A DNA stretch of 64,000 bases from Phenylobacterium sp. (GCF_041919955.1 NZ_JAYRSU010000008.1:2943-66942), one strand, 5' to 3'. Shown: positions 19,363 through 28,772, numbered from the stretch's first letter. The notes: a model not told the origin generated them from the letters alone. Made by a program: numbers and translations.

Positions 19363-19402
19363 TCGTCCTAGATTGAGTAGGACGACCGTCCTAGACTGTC
19401 AA
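19363..19402. promoter_or_regulatory. TetR operator overlapping the P450 promoter
   Basis: Perfect dyads TAGGACG-AC-CGTCCTA (19378-19393) and TCGTCCTA-N7-TAGGACGA (19363-19385). Minus-strand TTGACA at 19397-19402. Confidence 0.75.
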
Positions 19403-19427
19403 GGAAGTCCTGCTATAGGCTGCCCGA

Positions 19428-20075
19428 ATGAGCGACATCGATTTGGCGAAGGCGAATCCGCGAGCGCGGAGGAGCCATGAGGCGGCGGCGGATTCACGGA
19501 GCGTGAGCGAGAAGATCCTCGACAGCGCCGAGATCGTTCTGCGGCGCCACGGCTATGCGGGCTTCTCGACCCGGCGCGTCGCGCAGGAGGCGGCGATTGC
19601 GTTGGGCAACCTCACCTATCACTATCCGACCAAGCCTGAGCTCGTCCAAGCGCTGATCAGCCGGCTGATCACGCGCTATCTGGATCGCTTTCAACAAGTC
19701 CTCAGGACGCCTGGGCGCGGTGTGGAGGATCTGGTTCGCTGGCTGCTGGAAGAGGCCGTCGCAGAAGAAGCGATGTGGCTGTTTCGCGAACTCTGGGCCA
19801 TGGCCCTGCATGACGAGATCGTGCGCGAAGCGATCGACGACCTCTACGATGAGCTGATGGGCAAGGTCGCCGCGACGCTGGAGGCCGCCTACCCCTCGGC
19901 GGACCCGCAGGCCGTGCGGGACCTCGTCCAATTCATCGCCCTGATCTCGGAGGGCAGCACGGTGCTCTACGGGACGAGACGATCCAGGGTCACGCCTCGC
20001 CAACGGATGATCGACCTCGCCGTGCGCCTCACCTCCGTGATCGCGCCCGAACTGGCGCCGGGCGGCGCGTCGTGA
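19428..20075 (+). CDS. TetR/AcrR regulator, divergent from the P450 operon
   Basis: HTH FSTRRVAQEAAIALGNLTYHYPTK. Confidence 0.92.
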   Translation: MSDIDLAKANPRARRSHEAAADSRSVSEKILDSAEIVLRRHGYAGFSTRRVAQEAAIALGNLTYHYPTKPELVQALISRLITRYLDRFQQVLRTPGRGVEDLVRWLLEEAVAEEAMWLFRELWAMALHDEIVREAIDDLYDELMGKVAATLEAAYPSADPQAVRDLVQFIALISEGSTVLYGTRRSRVTPRQRMIDLAVRLTSVIAPELAPGGAS

Positions 20076-20382
20076 GAAAGCGTCGATAGAGACTCGCCGA
20101 CCCCAAACTGCGCGCACCGCCAGCGCAAAGCCTTATCTGTGTTGGCGCAGGTTTGAACTGGCCACTTCGAAGCTTAAAGCTGGCCCTGGCGGAACCTAGT
20201 CCAGCCGCGAATCAGCGTGCGATCTCAATCCGTTAGCCAGGCCTAGAGCCACCGTCCTCGCGAGTTCAACGCAGGTCTCGCGGAGGTTGGCGAAGCCTGG
20301 GGCGCAACGCTCGGGCAGCTCGGCCCTATTCGCCCGACAAGTGGGAATTCGGAGCGCCGACCCGCGCCCTTCTCCAGGGACT

Positions 20383-20463
20383 TGGCGGGAATTCCCGCGC
20401 CCGTCTCCGACCGGGAAAGCTGCACCCCGGTTTCCCTGCTTATCAGGGAAGAACAGGGAGTTT
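20383..20463. repeat. Intergenic CCCGTCTC...TTCCCTG-N5-CAGGGAA...CAGGGA element
   Basis: Perfect inverted repeat TTCCCTG / CAGGGAA (20432-20450) and direct repeat CAGGGA (20454). It recalls a recurring alphaproteobacterial island-end motif (from memory, unverified). Confidence 0.4.
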
Positions 20464-20509
20464 CTCAAGGGCACGAAGGATGGCGCTGGCGCGCCGCGCC
20501 CGCGACGCC

Positions 20510-21121
20510 CTAAGCCCTCGCCTCCTTCCGCGGATGCATGGTCTCCATCAGGCGTCGTAGAAGCCCGATCGATTGCTGGACGTCGCCGACGCCGGGCTCC
20601 AGCACAGTGGAGATCGACAGGCCCCGGATCGCCCAGACGACCAGCCGCATCTCGGCCACGCTGCTTGCGAACTCGGGCGGGAACCACTTGGTCAGGCTTC
20701 GCGCCGCTTTCTTCGAGACCCGCTCGAGCACCGGCGCCAGCCGCGCCGCCATGGCCGGGTCGCTGCGCGAGCCCTGCAGGATCTCCAGCACCGCGACGCC
20801 GGCCGGGCGACTGAGAACCTCCCAGACCACCTCGGGGATGGCGTAGACCCGCTCCAACGGATCGGGGATGGCGGCGTAACGCGCGTCGTAGAGCGCCATC
20901 TCCTCCTCTGCGACGGCCTCCATCACCGCGGCCATCAGGTCGGCGCGAGTCGGGAACTGGTGCAGCATCGCCCCGCGGCTGCCCGAACGGTCGGCGACCA
21001 GCGAGGTGGTCGTCGCCGCATAGCCCAGAGTGTGCAGGCTGGTGATCGCCGTCTCGATCACCCGCGCCCGGGTCCGCGCGCTGCGCTCGGCCTGGGTCAG
21101 TCTGGGCGGTCGTTCGGTCAT
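20510..21121 (-). CDS. TetR/AcrR regulator with an apparent one-codon deletion in the HTH
   Basis: RLTQAERSARTRARVIETA...TTTSLVADRSG-SRGAMLHQFPTRADL. ATG 21121. Confidence 0.85.
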   Translation of the reverse strand: MTERPPRLTQAERSARTRARVIETAITSLHTLGYAATTTSLVADRSGSRGAMLHQFPTRADLMAAVMEAVAEEEMALYDARYAAIPDPLERVYAIPEVVWEVLSRPAGVAVLEILQGSRSDPAMAARLAPVLERVSKKAARSLTKWFPPEFASSVAEMRLVVWAIRGLSISTVLEPGVGDVQQSIGLLRRLMETMHPRKEARA

Positions 21122-21420
21122 CTGCGATTCCTGGCCGGCTGCCCGATATATCCACGCAGCGCGCAGGCCTTCGCAAGGCTGCGCCGACGACCTCAGATAC
21201 ATGCGGTATTGACCGGATGTAAATTGCCGATCTAGTTTGCGCCCGACTCCGGGGCATCGGGGCGCTTCAGAATTCGAGACAGCCGCCGCGGGCGCGCCGC
21301 TTTGCGCCCGCCCCAGTACCCGTTCCTTTCGGCTCCGCCTCCCATTCCGAAGCGCGTCGGCGCGTCATGATATCGATTACACAACCAGGCGGTGAAAAGG
21401 CCGCCGAAACAGGGGGAAAG

Positions 21421-23760
21421 ATGAGCATTTCCATTCGCGGGCTGTTGCTGGCCACTTCGGGCCTGGCCCTCGCGGCACTGGCCGCGCCGGCCGCCGCGCA
21501 GACCACGCCCGACAATATGTTGGCCGAGCTGGTGGTCACCGCCCAGAAGCGGGCCGAGAACGTCCAGGACATTCCCAAGCCCGTCCAGGTCGTCGGGTCC
21601 AACGAACTGGCCCAGAGCAACGTCACCGAGATCTCGGACCTGAAGAAGCTGGTGCCGGCGATTTCCGGGACCGGGCTCAGCATCCGCGGCGTGGCGACCT
21701 CGGCCTCCAGCATCGGGGCCGAGAACAAGGTCGGCGTCACGCTGGACGATGTGCCCCAGCCCTCGCGCGCCACCCTCGCCAACAACCTGATCGACATCGA
21801 GCGGGTCGAGGTGCTGCCCGGGCCGCAAGGCACCCTGTCGGGTCGCAACGCCACCGGCGGCCTGATCAACCTGGTCACCCGCGCGCCGTCCAAGACCTGG
21901 ACCGGCTTCGCCACCGCCATGGTCACCGACGACCACGAACGCCAGTTCGGCGCCTATGTCTCGGGCCCGGTCACCGACTGGGCCGCCTTCAGCCTGTCGG
22001 CCTATTCGCGCCACACCCGCGGCCTGTTGACCAACCTCACCACCGGCACGGACACCTATTCCGAGGTCAGCGGCCTGCGCGGCAAGCTGGAGCTGACCCC
22101 GACCGACGACCTGACCGTCACCCTCACCGCCTTCCATCAGCAGCGCAACGCGGTGGAACAGGGCCTGGGCGCCTTCATCCTCGCCTATTCGTCGATCCCG
22201 ACCTCGCAGATCTTCACGCCCTACGACTTCAACGGCCCGCGTCGGCCGTTCTCGGAGCTGCGCCCGGCCGCCGTCGGTCCCGGCCAGAACGGCTTCTCCT
22301 CGCCGCGCGACTCCAAGAGCCGCACCATGAACGACGGCGGCGTGATCCGGATCGACTACGACCTGGGTGAAAGCACCCTGACCTCGATCACCTCGTACCT
22401 GCGCGAGACCAATCCCTCGCGCACCGACCTGACCGCCTCGACCCTGGTCAACATGGCCATGCGGCCGGACTTCGACGGCTTCGCCCACATCTTCAACAAG
22501 ACCAACTACATGACCCAGGAGGTGCGGCTGACCTCGCCGACCACTACCGCCTTCCAGTACGTGGTCGGCGCCTTCTATTCGAAGACCGAGAACACCTACG
22601 ACTACACTCGCTTCCTGCTGCCGGTGGACTGGCACCGAGTGTTCGGCCAGGAGGCGGTCGCGATCTTCGCCCACGCCTCCTACGACGTCACCGACAAGCT
22701 GACCCTGGCCGGCGGCCTGCGCTACGAGAAGGACGAGATCGACTACGACTGGACCTTCAAGCCGATCGGCGCAACCAGCCGGCGGCTTGAGAACGGCATC
22801 ACAATCCCCTTCCCGAAGATCAACGACCTGATCGTCAGCCGCGGCTCGGCCTCGGGCGACTATGTCAACTACGACATCTCGGCCCAGTATCACCTTACCG
22901 ACGCGATCATGGCCTATGTCACCTATGGCAAGGCCTCGCAGGGGCCGGTCTACGACGCCGAGGACAACACCGTGGCCATGGTGCGCCCGCTCACGGCGCT
23001 CGAGCCTGAGAAGGTGAAGGCCGTCGAGGCGGGCCTGAAGACCGAATGGTTCGACCGTCGCCTAGTGCTGAACGCCAACTATTTCGACAGCCGCTACGAC
23101 AACTACCAGCTCCAGACGATCCTTTACGACGCCACCATGGCCAACACGATCCCGGTGCTGAAGCTGGCCTCGGTCGGCCAGGTGCGCACTCGCGGCGTGG
23201 AGCTGTCGGCCGCGGCCGTGGTGACCAGCGACTTCCGCCTGAACGCGGCGGTCTCCTACACCGACGCCAAGATCGAATCCTTCCCCTACGCTCCCTGCTA
23301 CACCGGCCAGACCGTGGCGCTGGGCTGCGAGACCATCGTGGTTCCGGGCGAGACGGCCGCGCGGCCGGTGCAGCGCGACCTGGCGGGCCGCTCGCTGGCC
23401 AGCGCGCCCAAGTGGCGGGGCACGTTCAGCGGCGCCTACACCTTCCGCCAGCTCGTCGGCGATTACGACCTGATCCTGAGCGGCACGGTCCGCGCCCAGA
23501 GCAAGTCCAACACCGATCTCCTCGGCGACCCAGCCAAGAACCTTGCGGCCACCACCTTCGTCGACGCCGCCGCCAGCCTCACCAACGGGACCTATCGGTT
23601 CGATCTGCTGGCCAACAACCTCTTCGAGGAGAGCGCCGAGACCTACGGCACGACCATGGGCATCTATCAGCCGCCCGCCGGCACGGTGATCCGCACCCGC
23701 ACCGGGATGAGCCGCGACAACACCCGCTACTTCGGGCTGCGCGTCACCGCGACCTACTGA
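21421..23760 (+). CDS. TonB-dependent receptor
   Basis: Signal peptide, ELVVTAQKRAENVQDIP, DIERVEVLPGPQGTLSGRNATGG, C-terminal RYFGLRVTATY. Confidence 0.95.
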   Translation: MSISIRGLLLATSGLALAALAAPAAAQTTPDNMLAELVVTAQKRAENVQDIPKPVQVVGSNELAQSNVTEISDLKKLVPAISGTGLSIRGVATSASSIGAENKVGVTLDDVPQPSRATLANNLIDIERVEVLPGPQGTLSGRNATGGLINLVTRAPSKTWTGFATAMVTDDHERQFGAYVSGPVTDWAAFSLSAYSRHTRGLLTNLTTGTDTYSEVSGLRGKLELTPTDDLTVTLTAFHQQRNAVEQGLGAFILAYSSIPTSQIFTPYDFNGPRRPFSELRPAAVGPGQNGFSSPRDSKSRTMNDGGVIRIDYDLGESTLTSITSYLRETNPSRTDLTASTLVNMAMRPDFDGFAHIFNKTNYMTQEVRLTSPTTTAFQYVVGAFYSKTENTYDYTRFLLPVDWHRVFGQEAVAIFAHASYDVTDKLTLAGGLRYEKDEIDYDWTFKPIGATSRRLENGITIPFPKINDLIVSRGSASGDYVNYDISAQYHLTDAIMAYVTYGKASQGPVYDAEDNTVAMVRPLTALEPEKVKAVEAGLKTEWFDRRLVLNANYFDSRYDNYQLQTILYDATMANTIPVLKLASVGQVRTRGVELSAAAVVTSDFRLNAAVSYTDAKIESFPYAPCYTGQTVALGCETIVVPGETAARPVQRDLAGRSLASAPKWRGTFSGAYTFRQLVGDYDLILSGTVRAQSKSNTDLLGDPAKNLAATTFVDAAASLTNGTYRFDLLANNLFEESAETYGTTMGIYQPPAGTVIRTRTGMSRDNTRYFGLRVTATY

Positions 23761-23806
23761 TCCCAGATCGGAGCCCCGGCGGACCTTCCTCCGCTGAGGT
23801 TTCACA

Positions 23807-23837
23807 GGGCGGCGAGGTGTTCCCCGCTTCGCCGCCC
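23807..23837 (+). terminator. Intercistronic hairpin between the TBDR and GH20 genes (attenuator or mRNA stabiliser)
   Basis: GGGCGGCGAGG...CTTCGCCGCCC stem with no clear U-tract. Confidence 0.4.
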
Positions 23838-23858
23838 GCACCTTTCCCGGAGGCTTCC

Positions 23859-26051
23859 ATGTCCCCTGCCCGCTTCGCTCTAGCCGCCTCCTGCGCAGCG
23901 GCCGCCCTGGCCCTCGGCCCCCCGGCCTTCGCCACCCCCACGCTCATGCCGCTGCCGCAGACGCTGAATCTCGGGGAGGGCGCGCTGCCGATCGCCGGCG
24001 CCTTCGTGGTCGCGTGGGACAAAGGTTGCCGCGACGCCTTTCTCGACCGTGCGCTGACGAGGTTCCAGGCCGATCTGGAGCGTCTCACCGGCGTCGAGCT
24101 CAAGCCTGGCGCCGGCCCGCGGCTGGAGATCGCGTGCCGCCCCGATCCAGCGCGGGCGGGGCTGGAGGCGCGAGAAGCCTACCGTTTGTCGATCACGCCG
24201 CAGGGCGTGCGCCTGGAGGCCGACGGCCCTCTCGGCGTGCTCCGCGGTCTGGCCACCCTGCGCCAGATCGTCGAGACCTCTCCCGTCGGCGTCAGCGCTC
24301 CAACCATGACCGTCGACGACCGGCCTCGTTTCGTCTGGCGCGGGGTGATGATCGACACCGCCCGCCATTTCATGGCCCTGCCGACCCTCAAGCGGCAGAT
24401 CGACGCCATGGAAGCGGTGAAGCTAAACGTCCTGCATCTGCACCTCAGCGACAACGAGGGCTTCCGCGTCGAGAGCCGCCGATACCCGCGTCTGCACGAG
24501 GTCGCCAGCGGCGGCCGCTACTACACCCAGGATCAGATCCGCGAACTGGTCGCCTACGCAGCCGACCGCGGCGTTCGGATCGTTCCCGAGTTCGACGTGC
24601 CCGGCCACACCAAGGCGCTGATCGAGGCGTATCCCGAACTCGGCGCCCGGCCGGCCAAGGCCGCCGGCCCGATGGCGATCGGCGGGCCAGCCCTGAGCCC
24701 CGCTTGCGAGACGACCTACCGCTTCCTCGACCGGTTGTTCGGCGAGATGGCCGACCTGTTTCCCGACGCCTATTTCCATGCCGGCGGCGACGAGGTGAAC
24801 GCCGCCTCCTGGGCCGGGGATCCGCAGATCGACGCGCTCAAGGCCAAGCACGGCCTAGCCGACAAGGCAGCCGTCGAGGCCTATTTCCACGGTCGCATTC
24901 GCGAAATCCTACGCCGGCACGGCAAGACCATGATCGGCTGGGAAGAGGTCGCCGCCAGCGGCGCCCTGCCCCGCGACGTCGTCGTCCAGGCCTGGCAGAC
25001 CTCCAACGCCACGGCGCATGCGACGGCCAAGGGCCACCGCACCATCGTCTCGGCCGGCTACTATCTCGATCTGCTGGACCCGGCCGCCCACCACTACGCC
25101 ATCGACCCGCTGGACACCTCGGCCGCGGGCCTCACGCCGGCCGAGGCCCAGGCCGGTCGTAAGCTGCACCCGCTGGTCGGCCTCATCCTCACCGACGCCC
25201 TCGTCGCCAATCCGCTGCCGGCGCTGACGCAGGAACAGGAGGCGCTGGTCCTGGGCGGCGAGGCGCCGGTGTGGGCCGAGTTGGTCACCGACGAGATGCT
25301 CGACGCGCGCCTTTGGCCGCGCGCGGCGACCCTGGCCGAGCGCTTCTGGTCGCGCCGCGACGTCCGCGATCCGGCCGACATGTACCGCCGCCTGGCCGTG
25401 CAGCAGGACCGCCTGCGGGCCGCCGGTCTGCAGGACCGTGCCAATCGCGCGCGCATGGCCTCGCGCCTGGCGCCGGGGGCGTCCGAGCCGCTGCTCACCC
25501 TGCTCGACCTGGTCGGCTCGGTCCGTCACATGGCCCACGACAAGCGGGTCGCGGCCATCCTGCGCGGCGAAAAGGTCGTCCAACACCTCAACGCCGCGGC
25601 CGACGCCGCGCCGGTCGACAGCCTGGTCGCCCGCGGCTTCGTCGACCGCGCCCGCCGCTACGCCGGCGGCGAGCGCAGTCTCGCACCCTCCCTGCGCGCC
25701 GACTTCGACCTCTGGGACGTCAACCACCGCCGTATGACGGCCATGTCAGCCCAATATCCGTCGCTCGCCGAGGTCCTGCCCGTCTCGGCCGACATCGCCG
25801 AGCTCGCCGCCATCGGAACGCTGGCGCTGGACGCCATCGAGACCGGTCGCCCGCTGACGCCGGAGGCGGCGGCCCGCGGCCAGGCGATCCTGGCGCGATG
25901 CGAGGCCTTCGAAGAGGCTTCCGCCCGGCCGATCTTTGCTTTCTTCGGCAAGCAGCCGCCCGGCGACCTAATCGTCATGGTCACGCCGGGCGTGCGCGCG
26001 CTCCTTGAGAAGGCGGCCGGCCTCAGCGCTAGCGCGGCGATCCCGGGGTGA
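23859..26051 (+). CDS. Beta-N-acetylhexosaminidase, GH20, exported
   Basis: Signal peptide; PRFVWRGVMIDTARHF; KLNVLHLHLSD; catalytic FHAGGDEV; LWPRAATLAERFWS. ATG 23859 follows a GGAGG RBS. Confidence 0.95.
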   Translation: MSPARFALAASCAAAALALGPPAFATPTLMPLPQTLNLGEGALPIAGAFVVAWDKGCRDAFLDRALTRFQADLERLTGVELKPGAGPRLEIACRPDPARAGLEAREAYRLSITPQGVRLEADGPLGVLRGLATLRQIVETSPVGVSAPTMTVDDRPRFVWRGVMIDTARHFMALPTLKRQIDAMEAVKLNVLHLHLSDNEGFRVESRRYPRLHEVASGGRYYTQDQIRELVAYAADRGVRIVPEFDVPGHTKALIEAYPELGARPAKAAGPMAIGGPALSPACETTYRFLDRLFGEMADLFPDAYFHAGGDEVNAASWAGDPQIDALKAKHGLADKAAVEAYFHGRIREILRRHGKTMIGWEEVAASGALPRDVVVQAWQTSNATAHATAKGHRTIVSAGYYLDLLDPAAHHYAIDPLDTSAAGLTPAEAQAGRKLHPLVGLILTDALVANPLPALTQEQEALVLGGEAPVWAELVTDEMLDARLWPRAATLAERFWSRRDVRDPADMYRRLAVQQDRLRAAGLQDRANRARMASRLAPGASEPLLTLLDLVGSVRHMAHDKRVAAILRGEKVVQHLNAAADAAPVDSLVARGFVDRARRYAGGERSLAPSLRADFDLWDVNHRRMTAMSAQYPSLAEVLPVSADIAELAAIGTLALDAIETGRPLTPEAAARGQAILARCEAFEEASARPIFAFFGKQPPGDLIVMVTPGVRALLEKAAGLSASAAIPG

Positions 26052-26288
26052 GGCCGGCCAGGTAGCGCGGTGGTCTTAATATCCTGATCGGACAGCGAGG
26101 CCGCGGTAGTATTCATCGCCTCGGTCGGATCTGGCCGCTCGCCGCGTTTGAAGGCCACAAGCTGTGCGACCCAGATAGGCCTCACCTTGCCCAGCCAGGC
26201 GCGGGCCGACCGACCGGCCCACGAAGCCCTCGCCATGGCAGCCGGCGCAGGCGTCGGTGGCGACCTGCGCCTTGCCCTCGGGCTTCAG
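26029..26288 (-). pseudogene. Cytochrome c4/c553 domain remnant with two frameshifts
   Basis: Manual translation: ACAGCHGEGFVGRSVGPRLAGQGEAYL / VAQLVAFKRGER...MNTTAASLSDQDIKT / YLAGL. CxxCH motif; no start codon. Confidence 0.8.
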
Positions 26289-26498
26289 CTACGCATCGAC
26301 CGCGACCGTATCGTTCGGATCAGGCGTCTGCCGCTCGAAATAGCCGGCCGGAGACTTGATCTGAGGCTCGCTCCAGGCGGTGAGGACAGCAGCCGACTTC
26401 CGCGGCCCGTAGGCGCTGCAGTTTGACAAGCCCGCCTTGCGCGCCCCGTCTGAGAACCAGTTGCCGAAGCCCTTGGCGGTGAAGCCCCGAGCTTCCAC
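26289..26498 (-). mobile_element. Tyrosine (phage) integrase C-terminal fragment
   Basis: FTAKGFGNWFSDGARKAGLSNCSAYGPRK matches the FGNWF...AGL..CSAHGLRK integrase pattern; HxxR has decayed to YxxR. Confidence 0.75.
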
Positions 26499-26602
26499 AC
26501 GGCTCGGCGGCGCGCCGGGGTAGTGGCGCTTCTGGTCCGCGCCAACAGGAGACGAAGGCTTCTAACCGAAGAGCAGACTCAGTTCGCGGCGAGACCGACC
26601 AG

Positions 26603-26914
26603 CTAAACGCGACGGCGCGCGGCGAAGGCTTCAATGCGAGCGCGGGAGTCTGGACCAACGCCTTCGCAGCGATGAACTTCGTGCGCGAGACCAACGGCGA
26701 GCGGCAAGCCGTCCGTGTCCGCCAGCAGGCGTTTATTGGCGGCGTGGCTGAATGGCGAATTCGCTGCGATCTCGGCGCAAAGCGCCGCGACAGCGTCTTC
26801 GAAACCAGCGTCCGGCGCCCAGGTGTCGGCCAACCCCATCTCGACGGCCTGACGCCCGTCATAGGTACGGCAGGTGAACATCATCTCGCGCGCCTTGGGC
26901 AACCCAGCCTGCAA
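26603..26914 (-). pseudogene. Enoyl-CoA hydratase/isomerase C-terminal fragment
   Basis: GLPKAREMMFTCRTYDGRQAVEMGLAD...IAANSPFSHAANKRLL; the N-terminal half is absent. Confidence 0.8.
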
Positions 26915-27059
26915 CCCTCCCGACTGACGCACGACGGCCTTCTTCGCGTTGGGGATGGTTCGGCCGTTCGATTGAGACGCTAGGGATTCCGATCTTCTTC
27001 GACGGTTCTGGAAACCTCTTGGCCTCGACCTCGTCGCGAAACCTCGTGGCCCTAGATCG

Positions 27060-28772
27060 TCAGTCGACAGCCGCGACCGCAGCATCCGGCCGGCGGCTGT
27101 CGGCGCCGCCTTCGAACACGCCCGCCTCGATGACGATCGACTGGGTCGACCCCATGGTGAGGCTGGATCTGGCCTTGTGGCCCTTGGCCTCCATCAACTT
27201 CAGCATATCGATGGGGAAGCCGGGCTCGAACTCCACGGGCGTGTCGCTGGCGGCCTGGAAGATGCGCGGCCGGCTGGTGGCCTCGGCGATGTTGAGCCTG
27301 TGATCGACCACATTGCTGATCAGCTGAGCCATCGCGCCGATGACGCGCGTCCCGCCGGGGGTGCCCGACGCCAACCAGGGCTTGCCGTCCTTGAAGGCGA
27401 TGATCGGGGTGATGGTCGAGATCACCCGCTTGCCCGGCGCCGGCGCATTGGCCGGTTCTGCACCGCTCCACGCGAAGTTGGCCATGGCGTCATTGAGGAA
27501 GAAGCCGGTGCCGGGCGCCATCACGTGCGCCCCGAACGAGGATCCCAGGGTGAAGGTGTTGCTGACGACGTTCCCTTCGGCGTCGGCGACGGAATAGTGG
27601 GTGGTGTCGCGGCTCTCGAAGGTCAGCGGATCGCCTGGGGCCACGGCCTTGTCCATCGCCTTGTCGAGGTCGATCAGCTTGGCCCGTTCGGCCGCATAGG
27701 CCTTGCTGGACAGCCCCCCCACCGGCGGCGTGTACTGGGGCCAGCCGCCCATGAAGCGCGCGCGGTCGGCGAAGACCAGCTTCATCGCCTCGGCCGTGAC
27801 GTGCAGCGACTGGACGCTGTTCTGGCCGTAGTCCGCCATGGGATAGCGTTCGACGATGTTCATCAGCTCGCAAAGCAGCACGCCGGCGGCCGGCGGCGGC
27901 ATGTATGCGACCGGGACGCCCCGATAGTCGCACCATAGCGGTTGCTCGATGCGGATCTGGTAGTCGGCCAAGTCCTGCTGCGTCAGCACGCCGCCGCCGG
28001 CCTGCACGCCGGCCACGACCCGACGCCCGAGCTCGCCGCGATAGAAGGCGTCGGCGCCGCCATCCCGGATCTGACGCAGCGACCAGGCGAGGTCGGGCTG
28101 CTTCAGCCGGTCGCCGGGCGCGTAGGCGCCGCCGCCTGGCCTGTAGAGCGCCTTGGCCGACGGCGCATCGGCGAGCAGCGCCTCGCTGTACACCTGGGTC
28201 GCATAGACCATGTCGTCGGTCAGAACGACGCCGCCCGCGGCCAGGTCCAGGGCCGGCTGCACAAGGTCGCGCCATGGCAGGCGGCCGTATTGCCGATGCA
28301 CTTCGTAGAAGCCTTTCACCGTCCCAGGAACGGCGACGGCGCGGTGGGAGTAGCGCTTGGCTGGGTCGAGCTTGCCGTTGACGCCGACGAGCAGGTCGCC
28401 GCGAGTCGCGGCTGGAGCCTGGCCATAGTAGTCGACGGCGAGCGTCTTCTGCGCCTTGGCCAGATGGACGAGCATGAAACCGCCGCCGCCCAGATTGCCG
28501 GCCCGCGGCAGGGTGACGGCCAGGGCCAGGCCCGTGGCGACCGCCGCATCCACCGCATTGCCGCCCCTGCGCAGGATGTCCGCGCCGATGCGCGAGGCGA
28601 TCTCGCTCTGGCTGACCACCATGCCCTTCCGCCCCATCACCGGATGATGGATCGCGTCATAGTCGAGGATGTACTCTGCGGCGCCCTTGGCTGGCGCTTG
28701 CGCGAAGGCAAGGTGCGGCGCCGTCAGGCTGGCGGCGGCGAGAAGGGCGGCCAGGGTCGCGGGAAGGCGCAT
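27060..28772 (-). CDS. Gamma-glutamyltransferase-family Ntn hydrolase, exported, with divergent substrate pocket
   Basis: Signal peptide; GGNAVDAAVA; GNLGGGGF; nucleophile motif DTTHYSVADAEGN; TPGG oxyanion loop. Confidence 0.93.
   Translation of the reverse strand: MRLPATLAALLAAASLTAPHLAFAQAPAKGAAEYILDYDAIHHPVMGRKGMVVSQSEIASRIGADILRRGGNAVDAAVATGLALAVTLPRAGNLGGGGFMLVHLAKAQKTLAVDYYGQAPAATRGDLLVGVNGKLDPAKRYSHRAVAVPGTVKGFYEVHRQYGRLPWRDLVQPALDLAAGGVVLTDDMVYATQVYSEALLADAPSAKALYRPGGGAYAPGDRLKQPDLAWSLRQIRDGGADAFYRGELGRRVVAGVQAGGGVLTQQDLADYQIRIEQPLWCDYRGVPVAYMPPPAAGVLLCELMNIVERYPMADYGQNSVQSLHVTAEAMKLVFADRARFMGGWPQYTPPVGGLSSKAYAAERAKLIDLDKAMDKAVAPGDPLTFESRDTTHYSVADAEGNVVSNTFTLGSSFGAHVMAPGTGFFLNDAMANFAWSGAEPANAPAPGKRVISTITPIIAFKDGKPWLASGTPGGTRVIGAMAQLISNVVDHRLNIAEATSRPRIFQAASDTPVEFEPGFPIDMLKLMEAKGHKARSSLTMGSTQSIVIEAGVFEGGADSRRPDAAVAAVD

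Noticed and set aside
26920-27056. Minus-strand peptide ATRFRDEVEAKRFPEP as a PanB-like C-terminal fragment
   Set aside because: Too short to support without a profile search.
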